A DNA stretch of 34,818 nucleotides from Candidatus Krumholzibacteriia bacterium. Its GTDB lineage: Bacteria; Krumholzibacteriota; Krumholzibacteriia; LZORAL124-64-63. Position numbers and translations under genes: made by a program. The notes under the pieces are model-generated. The model was not told where the DNA came from. It saw nothing but the letters and a program-made list of their open reading frames with translations, and searched no databases. Positions within the stretch are counted from its first letter, which is position 1; every line of letters starts with the position of its first letter. This document shows, one piece after another, positions 1-8,607 of this stretch. The stretch lies in assembly GCA_046484865.1 (NCBI GenBank), contig JAWOID010000111.1, positions 1-34,818 on the forward strand. Reading direction: 5' to 3'.

Positions 1-18
1 ATGAATCATCCGGGCTAG
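1..18. repeat. Further copy of the same terminal repeat, truncated by the window edge
   Basis: ATGAATCATCCGGGCTAG. Positions 1-22 are the exact reverse complement of 68-89. Confidence 0.85.
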
Positions 19-71
19 GCGGGCGATTCGGGCAGCCCGCAGCGAGTTCTGGGCCGCTGCCGATCGTCCGC

Positions 72-257
72 CTAGCCCGGATGATTCATGAGCGGCCGTA
101 GCGAGGATGAGGAAAATGCCCGCCAGAACACGACCTCGCAAGGATTGGCGAGGGAGGCGTACCCGATGCGCGACGTTGACCGAGCCGATCCGAGAAGGCG
201 TGTTCTGGCGGGCATTTGACCAGCCGCAGCAGGCCGCTCATGAATAATCCGGGCTAG
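72..257. mobile_element. 186-bp non-coding palindromic element (MITE/REPIN-like) with CTAG termini
   Basis: 26-bp terminal inverted repeat, CTAGCCCGGATGATTCATGAGCGGCC (72-97) vs GGCCGCTCATGAATAATCCGGGCTAG (232-257), one mismatch. Perfect inner 19-bp inverted repeat, 114-132 vs 199-217. No credible ORF. Confidence 0.7.
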
Positions 258-276
258 GCCGCTCATGAATCATGCG
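257..276. repeat. Partial tandem copy of the terminal repeat
   Basis: GGCCGCTCATGAATCATGCG directly follows the right end of the 72-257 element. Confidence 0.75.
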
Positions 277-328
277 AGGTCGGTCGGGTGCCACTCCGGG
301 GGCCGGCGCAGCCTGCGGCGCACTCCGG

Positions 329-1051
329 CTAGCTTTTCACCCGGAAGGGCATGGTCGCCTCCCCGATCGTCCGTCCCGACCTGGCATCCACCAGGTCCAC
401 CCGCAGGCGCACGCGTTCCAGGTCCGGATCCACGCGCTCGAAGTAGACCCACCCGTCCAGGCTCCCGCCCGGTTCGAGCCGGCCCTCCGGCAGCGCGAGC
501 TGCAGCATGCGTTCGGTGGGCAGGGCGATATCCACCCAGTAGTCCCGGTAGAGGCCGAAGTAGAGCGGGTCGTGATAGAACGGATCCGCGGCGACGCTGA
601 AGCCGGGATAGTAGCCCCGGTAGTAAGGCGCCACCGCGAAGCGATCGTAGACGAAGGCCGGATCGGCCACCGGCGTGGCAGGCGCCGCGCCGAGGTCGCG
701 AGCCGCCTCGCCTTCGACCTCGAACGGCGGCAAGGCGCTGGAGCGCTCCCCCCCCGGCGCGATCAGAGCGAAGTTCTCGTAGCGTACGAGCAGCGGCGCA
801 CTGCCGTCGTTCTCGATGCGCAGCCGCAGCGGGGTGACCTCCTCCGCGATGTCCACCGGCCCGGGCCATTCGGCGGGCACGGCGCTCACGTGGATGCCCG
901 CCACCCGATCGACCGCGCCCGCGCCGCCGGCCATGGTCTCGGCAGAGGGCGCGGGTTCGAGCTCGGCGCGCCCCGCGCAGCCTCCCGCTGCGGCGACCAG
1001 GCCGATCAGGACGGCGAGTGCCGCCGGGTTTTCGATTCGTTTCCTTCGCAT
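329..1051 (-). CDS. Hypothetical lipoprotein with a Tyr/Pro-rich internal segment
   Basis: MRRKRIENPAALAVLIGLVAAAGGC gives a basic N-region, hydrophobic core and lipobox-like Cys. GGGAGG lies upstream of the ATG at 1051. Beta-strand-like body containing YYRGYYPGF...PFYHDPLYFGLY. Confidence 0.8.
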   Translation of the reverse strand: MRRKRIENPAALAVLIGLVAAAGGCAGRAELEPAPSAETMAGGAGAVDRVAGIHVSAVPAEWPGPVDIAEEVTPLRLRIENDGSAPLLVRYENFALIAPGGERSSALPPFEVEGEAARDLGAAPATPVADPAFVYDRFAVAPYYRGYYPGFSVAADPFYHDPLYFGLYRDYWVDIALPTERMLQLALPEGRLEPGGSLDGWVYFERVDPDLERVRLRVDLVDARSGRTIGEATMPFRVKS

Positions 1052-1422
1052 CTTCCATGACCTCCCGCTGACGTTCGAAACCGTTTCACGCGACGAACGC
1101 GCTCGGCGTTTCGTGGCCCGGACCCCTGGTACCACGTTAGATCCGCCGCCCTCTCGGCCGCTCTCCCGATCCGCAAGGGGAAGCAACCCCCACCCCCCCC
1201 GGGGGTCGCCCCCTACCGTCCTGCCGTCGGCACCCCGATTTCGCCATCGGCCGCGTGGTGATTGCATGGGTGGGTCCGCACGCACCGCCCATCGCGGCCA
1301 TGCCAGGCGACTCGCCCGCAGGGGCGGGATGGGCGTACCCCTTCTTCGGTCTGCAGCCGGGAACCGGCATGGCCGGAGACGACCAGGCGGCCGCCAGGCC
1401 GTTCAGCCTAAGGAGACGCGTC

Positions 1423-2886
1423 ATGCGCAATTTCGGGAAATGGATGATCGCCGTGACACTCGTGGCGGCCATCGGTCTGGCCGTCCAGCCGGCGGCCGAG
1501 GCTCAGTCTTACGACCAGGACAGGGACCGGGACCAGGATCAACGGTGGCAGTCGCAGCGGACGCGGGATCAGGACCGTCCCATGGACCGGCGCAGCGAGT
1601 GGGATCGTCCCGACCGCCAGGGCGATCGGATCTCGACCAAGCTGGTCAAGGCCGACGAGCTGATGGGTGAATCGATCCGCGGACGGCAGGAAGAGGACAT
1701 CGCCAGCGTCGAGGACATCGTGCTGATGCCTGGCCGGGGCGAGATCCAGCACGTGATCGTCTCGCAGGGTGGATTCCTGGGGATCGGCACCAACCAGTAC
1801 GCCATTCCGTGGGACCGGTTCAACGCGCGGCAGACGCAGCAGTACGGCGACGAAGAGGGCGAGATCGTCCTGTCGTTGAACATGAGCGAGGACGACTTCG
1901 ACCGGATGACGCCGATCGACGAGAAGCGTGACCGGCAGGAGAAAACCTACCGCGACCGTACCGATCGTACCGAGCGCCGTGACACCCAGCGCCGTGACAG
2001 CGGCATCGAGCGCGCGGGCGAGTCGGTGGAACGCGGCGTTCGCAAGACCGGCGATGCCTTCGAGGACGCCTTCGACTACGACGACGATAGCCGCAGCTCG
2101 CACTACTCCACCAAGGTTTCCGAGCTGAACGGCAAGTCGGTCCTCGGCAGCAACCGCCAGGAACTGGGTGAGATCGAGGACGTGGTGCTGGACCTGCAGA
2201 ACGGCCAGGCTGTGTTCGCGATCATCAGCGTCGAAACGGACGAGCTCGACCTGGAGGAGGACATGGTCGCTCTGCCGTGGCACGAGCTCGACATCATGGG
2301 CGAGCAGGTGCGGGTCACCACTGCGACCAACCAGCTCCAGCAGTACGCCTTCAGCGGCGACACCAACGAGCTGAAGTCCCGCATGCGCATGGAGGGCAGC
2401 CGTCCCTGGATGACGCAGCGCGAGGACCAGGAGTCGACGCGTTACGGCCGCCGCACGGGCGACCAGCGCAACCAGCCGTTCGAGCAGCGCAGTCAGCGCT
2501 CCGAGCAGCGCAGCCGGCAGCCGATGTACGGCAGCATGGGTGAGGAAGGGCCGTCGGTGACGGTGACGGGCGAGATCACCAGGGTGCATTCGTCCCGGGG
2601 CGAGCTGGAGTTCGAGATCAGGACCGACCGGGGTCATACGGTGACGGTCTTCGCGGGCGACGCCCGGGAGGCCACCCGCAGCGGTGCCGAATTCAACCGC
2701 GGCGATAAGGTGACCGTGCGCGGTCATGCGGTCCGCGAGGCCGCCAACCCCACGGTGATCGCGAACACCATCCGGACCGGTGGTCAGGAGATCCGGCTGA
2801 ACACGGATCGCCAGGACTGGCAGGACCAGCGCGACGACTGGCAGGACCAGCGGCGCAACCGCCAGAACCAGCGGCAGGACTGGTAG
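1423..2886 (+). CDS. Secreted protein with two PRC-barrel domains and a C-terminal OB-fold-like domain
   Basis: AAGGAG before ATG 1423 and signal peptide ending AAEA. Two PRC-like units: KADELMGESI...VEDIVL...GGFLGIG...AIPW and KVSELNGKSV...GEIEDVVLD...VALPW. C-terminal VTVTGEITRV...GDKVTVRG. R/D/Q-rich linkers. Confidence 0.85.
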   Translation: MRNFGKWMIAVTLVAAIGLAVQPAAEAQSYDQDRDRDQDQRWQSQRTRDQDRPMDRRSEWDRPDRQGDRISTKLVKADELMGESIRGRQEEDIASVEDIVLMPGRGEIQHVIVSQGGFLGIGTNQYAIPWDRFNARQTQQYGDEEGEIVLSLNMSEDDFDRMTPIDEKRDRQEKTYRDRTDRTERRDTQRRDSGIERAGESVERGVRKTGDAFEDAFDYDDDSRSSHYSTKVSELNGKSVLGSNRQELGEIEDVVLDLQNGQAVFAIISVETDELDLEEDMVALPWHELDIMGEQVRVTTATNQLQQYAFSGDTNELKSRMRMEGSRPWMTQREDQESTRYGRRTGDQRNQPFEQRSQRSEQRSRQPMYGSMGEEGPSVTVTGEITRVHSSRGELEFEIRTDRGHTVTVFAGDAREATRSGAEFNRGDKVTVRGHAVREAANPTVIANTIRTGGQEIRLNTDRQDWQDQRDDWQDQRRNRQNQRQDW

Positions 2887-2948
2887 GTCCACCGCCCGCG
2901 CCGCGAGTGCGATCGGACGACCACGATGCACCGGCGGCGTACCAACGA

Positions 2949-2980
2949 GGCGCGCGGGGCCCCCCGAGGTCCCGCGCGCC
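2949..2980. terminator. GC-rich hairpin between convergent genes
   Basis: GGCGCGCGGG (2949-2958) pairs with CCCGCGCGCC (2971-2980). Weak U tail. Confidence 0.55.
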
Positions 2981-3044
2981 GCTTCTCCGGACCGGCGCGA
3001 CCCGCGGGACGGTCGACCGAACGCTGGCGCGGCCGGATCAGGTC

Positions 3045-3878
3045 CTATCGGCTCCAGGCGGCGCGCCGACTCCAGAGGTAGACGCCGCCGACCACCAGCC
3101 CCATCACCGACAGGGCCAGGGCTTCGAGGTCATGCAGGCCGAGGATCCCGGCCCCACCGCCCAGGCTCTCGCGGTCGGCCAGGATGAGTCCGAGCGAGCA
3201 GGCGTTATGCACGCCGTGCGCCAGCCAGGCGGCCAGCAGCGAGTGGGTTGACTCGTAGACGAACGCGAACACCAGCCCCACGCCGACCAGTCCGAAGAAG
3301 TACCACGGCTCGAAGTGGATCAGACCGAAGGCCAGGGCCGAGAGAGCCGCCGCCGGCAGCGGTCCCCACAGCCCGCGGGCGAGGCGGTACAGGATGCCGC
3401 GGAAGATCAGCTCCTCCGCGAGGGGCGCCGCCAGCGTGACGGCCACGAACGCCAGTACCGTCTCGCCGGTGGTGGTGGGGAGCTGGGCCAGCAGGTGCCG
3501 CACCCATTCTTCGTCCACGGGGCGGATCCGCTCCGAGTAGCCCGCCAGCATCGAGACCGGCACCAGGGCCGAGACCGCCACCAGCGCCGAGGCCGCCAGG
3601 CGGCCGGTGCCGGGCAGCACCAGCTGGAAGTCGCGGCCGGGTCCGGCGCCGATCTGCAGCGAGACGAGCCCCGCCGGCAGAGCCACCCCGAGGGCGGCGC
3701 CCGCGACGACGCCGAGGAACGTCCCGCCGGCCGCCACGTAGATCACGGATTGCACCAGCAGGTAGGTGGCCAGCAGGAAGAAGCCGAACGCCAGCATCCG
3801 CGGTCGGCTCCAGAGCTGCCAGAGATCCGGGCGAGGCTCGCGCGACCAGGCCGGCGGTGCCGTCCCGTGCTCCTGCAT
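3045..3878 (-). CDS. CPBP family (CAAX/Abi) intramembrane metalloprotease
   Basis: Multiple TM segments. Motifs EELIFRG, FGLIH and AHGVHN. Confidence 0.92.
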   Translation of the reverse strand: MQEHGTAPPAWSREPRPDLWQLWSRPRMLAFGFFLLATYLLVQSVIYVAAGGTFLGVVAGAALGVALPAGLVSLQIGAGPGRDFQLVLPGTGRLAASALVAVSALVPVSMLAGYSERIRPVDEEWVRHLLAQLPTTTGETVLAFVAVTLAAPLAEELIFRGILYRLARGLWGPLPAAALSALAFGLIHFEPWYFFGLVGVGLVFAFVYESTHSLLAAWLAHGVHNACSLGLILADRESLGGGAGILGLHDLEALALSVMGLVVGGVYLWSRRAAWSR

Positions 3879-3907
3879 ACGTTTCCCTTCCCGCGGAGGC
3901 GTCGGCC

Positions 3908-3936
3908 TTGGCAGGGCCGTGAGGTCCCATTAATAT
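3908..3936 (+). promoter_or_regulatory. Candidate sigma70 promoter for HAD-nnr-tsaD
   Basis: TTGGCA-17 bp-TAATAT in the short divergent intergenic region. Confidence 0.5.
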
Positions 3937-3987
3937 GCGGACGGTGGCTTGCGGGCAAACGTCCGTGCGTCATCCGAAGGAGGACCC

Positions 3988-4716
3988 TTGACCTCGCGGA
4001 ACATCGACGCGGTGATCTTCGACCTCGACAACACGCTGACCGACTTCATGCTGACCAAGCAGAACGCCATCCGGGCCGCCGTCGCCGCCATGATCGACAC
4101 CGGTCTGCTCGTGGGACACGAGGAGGCGACCCGGCGGGTGTTCGCCATCTACAAGGACAAGGGGATCGAGCACCAGCGCGTGTTCAACATCTTTCTCGAG
4201 GAGGCTCTCGGCGAGGTGGACGACCGGATCCTGGCGGCTGCGGTCGTGGCGTACCGCCGGGCGCGCGACGGCTCGCTGGTGGTCTACCCGCACACCCACC
4301 TGGTGCTGAACCGGTTGCTGAAGGAAGGCTACAAGCTGGCCCTCGTGAGCGATGCACCGCGCTTCGAGGCCTGGTTGCGCCTCTGCTACCTCGGGTTGCA
4401 CCACGCGTTCGACCTGGTCGTCACCTATGATGACACCGGACACCGGAAGCCGCGCCCGGAGCCCTTCCTGTCGGCTCTCGACCGCCTCGATGTGCCGCCG
4501 CAGCGGGCGGTGATGGTGGGAGATTGGCCGGAGCGCGACGTGGTCGGCGGCAAGGCGGCGGGGTTGCACACCGTGTATGCGCGCTACGGCGATCAGCTGT
4601 ACGAGTTCGGCAACCGCACCGAGCGAGGGCCCTCGGGCGCGGACTTCGAGATCGACGATCTGCTCGAGCTGCTGGGGGTCCTGGACCGTCTGAACGGGCG
4701 CTCCGTCACCACCTGA
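3988..4716 (+). CDS. HAD-IA family hydrolase
   Basis: Motif I FDLDNTL, motif II VSD, KP, motif IV GDWPERD. TTG start after AAGGAGG. Confidence 0.92.
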   Translation: MTSRNIDAVIFDLDNTLTDFMLTKQNAIRAAVAAMIDTGLLVGHEEATRRVFAIYKDKGIEHQRVFNIFLEEALGEVDDRILAAAVVAYRRARDGSLVVYPHTHLVLNRLLKEGYKLALVSDAPRFEAWLRLCYLGLHHAFDLVVTYDDTGHRKPRPEPFLSALDRLDVPPQRAVMVGDWPERDVVGGKAAGLHTVYARYGDQLYEFGNRTERGPSGADFEIDDLLELLGVLDRLNGRSVTT

Positions 4717-4730
4717 GGCGGGAGACGATC

Positions 4731-6341
4731 ATGCGCATCTGCACCAGCGCCGAGATGGCCGCCATCGATCGCGCCACCATCGCCGGGGGCGTCTCCGGCG
4801 AGGAGTTGATGGAGCGAGCCGGCGGTCGGATCACCGAGGAGATCCTCGCCTTCCGCGAGGACGAGGGCGAGTTGCCCGACGTGCCCGGTCGCGTGCTGGT
4901 GGTCTGCGGCAAGGGCAACAACGGCGGTGACGGTCTGGTGGTCGCCCGCCTGCTGGCGCAGCGCGGCTGGGACACGGCGGTGCTGCTGCTGGCGCCCGCC
5001 CGCGAGCTGAGCGAGGATGCGCAGCTGAACTACGGCCGCCTGCCCGGCGGCGTGCAGGTGCTCCCGGCCGAGAACGGCCGGTGGGGCGAGCAGGCCAGGG
5101 ACGTGGGTGCCGACGCGGACGTGGTGGTGGACGCCGTCTTCGGCACGGGCATCGAGCCGCCGCTGCGCGGGCCGTATCCGGAACTCATCGCCGCCCTGAA
5201 CACGTTACCCGGCTTGCGGGTGGCCGTGGACATGCCGTCGGGGGTCGCCGGCGACGACGGCGCGGTCGACCCGGTGGCCTTCGCCGCCGACCTCACCGTC
5301 ACGGTGGGTCTGCCGAAGCTCGGGCTGCTGCTGCCGCCGGGCCGCGACTGTACGGGCGAATTGCGCGTGGTGGATATCGGGTTCCCCGAGGATCTCTGCC
5401 GGGCCCACACCGGCGATCGTTGCTACCTGCGGCAACACGACTATGCCGCCCTGCTGCCGCCGCGGGCCAGCAGCGACCACAAGTATCGCTGCGGTCACCT
5501 CCTGGTGCTGGCGGGCTCTCGCGCCTACAGCGGCGCGGCGGTGCTCACCGCCTGGGGCGCGCTGCGGTCGGGGGTGGGACTGACCACGCTGGGCATGCCT
5601 GCGGTGGTCGAGATGGCGGCCCGGGCGCAGCTGCCCGAGGTCATCGTGGCGCCGCTCGACGTCACCGACGGCGGCACGCTCGCGCCGCTGTCGCCCGGAA
5701 CGTTGCAGGATCTGCTCGACCGCAAGACCGCCCTGGCCGTGGGGCCCGGTCTGGGCGAACACCCGGCGACCGACCGCTGGGTGGTCGAGGTCGCGGCCGC
5801 GGTCGACCGCCCGATGGTCTTCGATGCGGACGCCATCTCCGCCTTCGCCCGCGCCGGCGCCGAGCCACGCTTCGCGACCGGCGACGCCGTGCTCACCCCG
5901 CACGCCGGCGAGCTGGGCCGGGTCCTCTCGTTGCCGCCGGCGGAGGTGATGCGGCGCCGGTTCGAACTGCTGCCGGAGCTGGCCCGGCGCTGGAGCGCCA
6001 CGATCCTGCTGAAGGGTTCGCCCACCGTCGTCGCGGCGCCTGACGGGTGCACCACGGTGAACCCGCTGGGCGGCGACGAACTGGCGCACGGCGGCACGGG
6101 CGACGTGCTCACCGGACTCGTGGGGGGGCTGCTCGCCCAGGGAGTGCGCGGCCCGGACGCCGCGGTGCTGGGCGCGTACCTGCACGGGCGTGCCGGTCAG
6201 GTGGCGGCGGGCGAGCGCGGACGTCGCAGCGTCCTGGCCCGCGAAGTGGCCGAGGGGATCGCCGTGGCCCTGCGCGGTCTGGAGGAGATCGCCGCGCTCG
6301 ATCCGGAACTGCGCCGCCGCGTGCGGCCTTTGCACTCCTGA
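4731..6341 (+). CDS. nnr: Bifunctional NAD(P)H-hydrate epimerase/dehydratase (NnrE-NnrD, YjeF)
   Basis: LMERAG, GKGNNGGDG, DAVFGTG and AVDMPSG (YjeF_N). GPGLG, DADA, LTPHAGE and GGTGDVL (YjeF_C). Confidence 0.95.
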   Translation: MRICTSAEMAAIDRATIAGGVSGEELMERAGGRITEEILAFREDEGELPDVPGRVLVVCGKGNNGGDGLVVARLLAQRGWDTAVLLLAPARELSEDAQLNYGRLPGGVQVLPAENGRWGEQARDVGADADVVVDAVFGTGIEPPLRGPYPELIAALNTLPGLRVAVDMPSGVAGDDGAVDPVAFAADLTVTVGLPKLGLLLPPGRDCTGELRVVDIGFPEDLCRAHTGDRCYLRQHDYAALLPPRASSDHKYRCGHLLVLAGSRAYSGAAVLTAWGALRSGVGLTTLGMPAVVEMAARAQLPEVIVAPLDVTDGGTLAPLSPGTLQDLLDRKTALAVGPGLGEHPATDRWVVEVAAAVDRPMVFDADAISAFARAGAEPRFATGDAVLTPHAGELGRVLSLPPAEVMRRRFELLPELARRWSATILLKGSPTVVAAPDGCTTVNPLGGDELAHGGTGDVLTGLVGGLLAQGVRGPDAAVLGAYLHGRAGQVAAGERGRRSVLAREVAEGIAVALRGLEEIAALDPELRRRVRPLHS

Positions 6342-6411
6342 CCCGCTTCGGTCGCGCCGATCCTCCCGCCCGCGGGCCTTGCCCGGCGTCCCGTGACGAT
6401 GGAGCCCCTGC

Positions 6412-7419
6412 ATGCGCGTGCTCGGAATCGAGACCTCCTGCGACGACACCAGCGTGGCCCTGTACAGCGAGGCCGGCGTGGTGGAGAACCTGCTGTCCTC
6501 CCAGGCGGACCTGCACGATCGCTTCGGAGGGGTGGTGCCGGAACTGGCCTCGCGTGCCCACCTGGTGAATCTGCTGCCGCTGGTCGACGCCCTCCTGCAG
6601 CGGCACGGTCTGAAGCCGCAGGACCTGGACGGGGTGGCCGTGACGCGCGGCCCCGGTCTGATCGGAGCCCTGCTCGTGGGACTCTCCACCGCCAAGGCGC
6701 TGGCGGCGGCGGCCGACCTTCCCCTGGTGGGCGTGCATCACATCGAGGGCCATATCCTCGCCAACGCGCTGGGTGGCGAGATGGTGCTGCCCGCGATGGT
6801 GCTGGTGGTGTCCGGCGGCCACACGGAACTGGTGCTGGTCCGGGAGGTGGGCCGCTACCGGCGGCTCGGCGCCACGGTCGACGACGCCGCCGGCGAGGCG
6901 TTCGACAAGTCGGCGAAGCTGCTGGGTCTGCCTTATCCCGGCGGTCCGGCGGTGGAGCGGGCCGCACGCGGCGGCGACCCGACGCGCTTCCACTTCCCGC
7001 GTCCGCTGCTGAGGGATCCGCGGCTGGTCTTCAGCTTCAGCGGACTGAAGACGGCGGTGCGGCTGGCCGTGGAGCAGTTGCCGCGGCCGCTGGCCGAGCA
7101 GGACGTGGCCGATGTCAGCCGGGCTTTGCAGGATGCCATCGTGGACGTGCTCACGAGCCGGCTGTTCCAGGCTGCCGCCGCGCACGGTACCGGTGCGGTC
7201 TACCTGGCGGGCGGAGTGGCCGCCAACGGCGCCCTGCGCGAGCGGGTGGCCGCGGAGGCCGGGCGCCTCGGTCTCCATTTCCGCCCCCCTGAGCGGGTCT
7301 ACTGCACGGACAACGCCGCGATGATCGCCTACGCCGGGTACCGCCACCTCCAGGTAGGCCGCCGCGACGCCCTGGACCTGGATAGCTTCGCCCGCGGACC
7401 CGTCGCTTCCTGGCGCTGA
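6412..7419 (+). CDS. tsaD: tRNA N6-adenosine threonylcarbamoyltransferase
   Basis: GIETSCDDT, GGVVPELASRAH, HHIEGH, SGGHT, DDAAGEAFDK, FSFSGLKT and TDNAAMIA. Confidence 0.98.
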   Translation: MRVLGIETSCDDTSVALYSEAGVVENLLSSQADLHDRFGGVVPELASRAHLVNLLPLVDALLQRHGLKPQDLDGVAVTRGPGLIGALLVGLSTAKALAAAADLPLVGVHHIEGHILANALGGEMVLPAMVLVVSGGHTELVLVREVGRYRRLGATVDDAAGEAFDKSAKLLGLPYPGGPAVERAARGGDPTRFHFPRPLLRDPRLVFSFSGLKTAVRLAVEQLPRPLAEQDVADVSRALQDAIVDVLTSRLFQAAAAHGTGAVYLAGGVAANGALRERVAAEAGRLGLHFRPPERVYCTDNAAMIAYAGYRHLQVGRRDALDLDSFARGPVASWR

Positions 7420-7541
7420 TCGCGGCGCTCGCCGCCTCGCGATGTCCGACACTGCCTCGCCGCGCCTGCCCCCTGCCCGTTCGCCCCCCCGGTCCCGTGT
7501 CGCGGCGCCTCTCTTCCTGGCGCTGCCTGGTACGTCCCGCC

Positions 7542-7559
7542 GTGGAACGACGCTTGCAT
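7542..7559 (+). promoter_or_regulatory. Candidate sigma54 (-24/-12) promoter for the signalling cluster
   Basis: GTGGAACGACGCTTGCAT vs consensus TGGCACG-N4-TTGCW. Exact GG-N10-GC spacing, about 65 bp upstream of ATG 7624. Confidence 0.6.
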
Positions 7560-7623
7560 CCACCACCGGAGAATGCCCGGAACGCCCGGGAAACGTGCCA
7601 TTCTGCAACCGACCGGAGCGTCC

Positions 7624-8607
7624 ATGGCCGCGACCGGCAAGATTCTCGTCGTCGACGACGAGCCGCACATCCGCAGGATCCTGCAGTTTCTCCTGGAGGA
7701 GGAGGGCTTCGAGGTCGCCACCGCGGCCAGCGGAGCCGAGGCCGTCGCTCTCGCCGCGCAGGAGCGCCCGGATCTCGTGGTGCTGGACGTGATGATGCCG
7801 CAGATGGACGGTTTCGCCGTCCTGCGGCGGCTCCGATCCGAGTTCGAGACCAGTCGCGTGCCGGTCATCATGCTGACCGCCCGCGGCGACAGCGCCGCAA
7901 AGGTCCGGGGGCTGCGGGAGGGAGCCAACGACTACCTGGCCAAGCCCTTCAACCAGGAGGAGTTGCTGCTGCGGCTGCGCAACATGCTCGAGGCCGATCG
8001 CGCGCAGCGAGAGGCGAACCCGCTCACCGGTCTGCCCGGCAACCACGCCATCGAGCGGGAAACGTTGGTCCGTGCGCGCAGCGGACAGCCGTTCGCGGTG
8101 ATGTACGTCGACATCGACCGTTTCAAGAGCTTCAACGACCATTACGGCTACCAGCGGGGCGACCAGGCCATCAGCTTCCTGGCGCGGGTGCTGCGCGACT
8201 GCAGCCGCGCCGCCGGGGGCGGCGAATTCGTCGGCCACGTGGGTGGCGACGACTTCGTGGTCCTGTCAGGCAGCGATGGCGCGGAGGACCTCGCCCGATC
8301 CCTGCTGCGTGCCTTCGACCGGGGCGTGGTCGACCTTCACGACGAGGTCGATCTGGAGCGCGGCTACCTCGAGGTGGAGAACCGGGCCGGTGTGCGCGAA
8401 CAGGTGCCGTTGATCACGGTGACGGTGGCACTGGTCGTCGATGCCCGGGCGCATTTCCAGCACCCCGCCGAGCTGGGCGATACCCTGGCCGAGCTCAAGC
8501 GCTTCGGCAAGCTGCAGGTCGGCAGCGTGGTGGTGCGGGAGCGGCGCTCGCCGCGATCGGCGCACGAGGTTCTCACCGGCGGTACGTCCGAACAGGACGA
8601 ATCATGA
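7624..8607 (+). CDS. Response regulator diguanylate cyclase (REC-GGDEF, GGDDF variant)
   Basis: REC motifs VVDDE, LDVMMP, TAR and KPF. Cyclase motifs NPLTGLPGN, DIDRFKSFNDHYG..GD and HVGGDDF. Confidence 0.93.
   Translation: MAATGKILVVDDEPHIRRILQFLLEEEGFEVATAASGAEAVALAAQERPDLVVLDVMMPQMDGFAVLRRLRSEFETSRVPVIMLTARGDSAAKVRGLREGANDYLAKPFNQEELLLRLRNMLEADRAQREANPLTGLPGNHAIERETLVRARSGQPFAVMYVDIDRFKSFNDHYGYQRGDQAISFLARVLRDCSRAAGGGEFVGHVGGDDFVVLSGSDGAEDLARSLLRAFDRGVVDLHDEVDLERGYLEVENRAGVREQVPLITVTVALVVDARAHFQHPAELGDTLAELKRFGKLQVGSVVVRERRSPRSAHEVLTGGTSEQDES

Noticed and set aside
72..266. 64-aa ORF within the palindromic element
   Set aside because: Its start and stop fall within the repeats, there is no RBS, and the sequence is explained by the inverted-repeat structure.
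1..276. CRISPR array
   Set aside because: The repeats alternate in orientation, spacing is irregular, spacers are self-complementary, and no cas genes are present.
3950..3985. GGCAAAC motif suggesting a c-di-GMP-I riboswitch
   Set aside because: There is no GNRA-capped stem or downstream GACGCAAA, and too little room before the RBS.
8100..8175. Possible Hypr-type GGDEF (3',3'-cGAMP synthase)
   Set aside because: The specificity position in NDHYGYQRGD is Asp, as in canonical diguanylate cyclases, not Ser/Thr.
7497..8603. 1149-aa ORF suggesting a longer kinase fusion
   Set aside because: The N-terminal 369 codons overlap the REC-GGDEF gene in another frame and are Arg/Gly-rich noise. The real start is the ATGA-coupled ATG at 8604.
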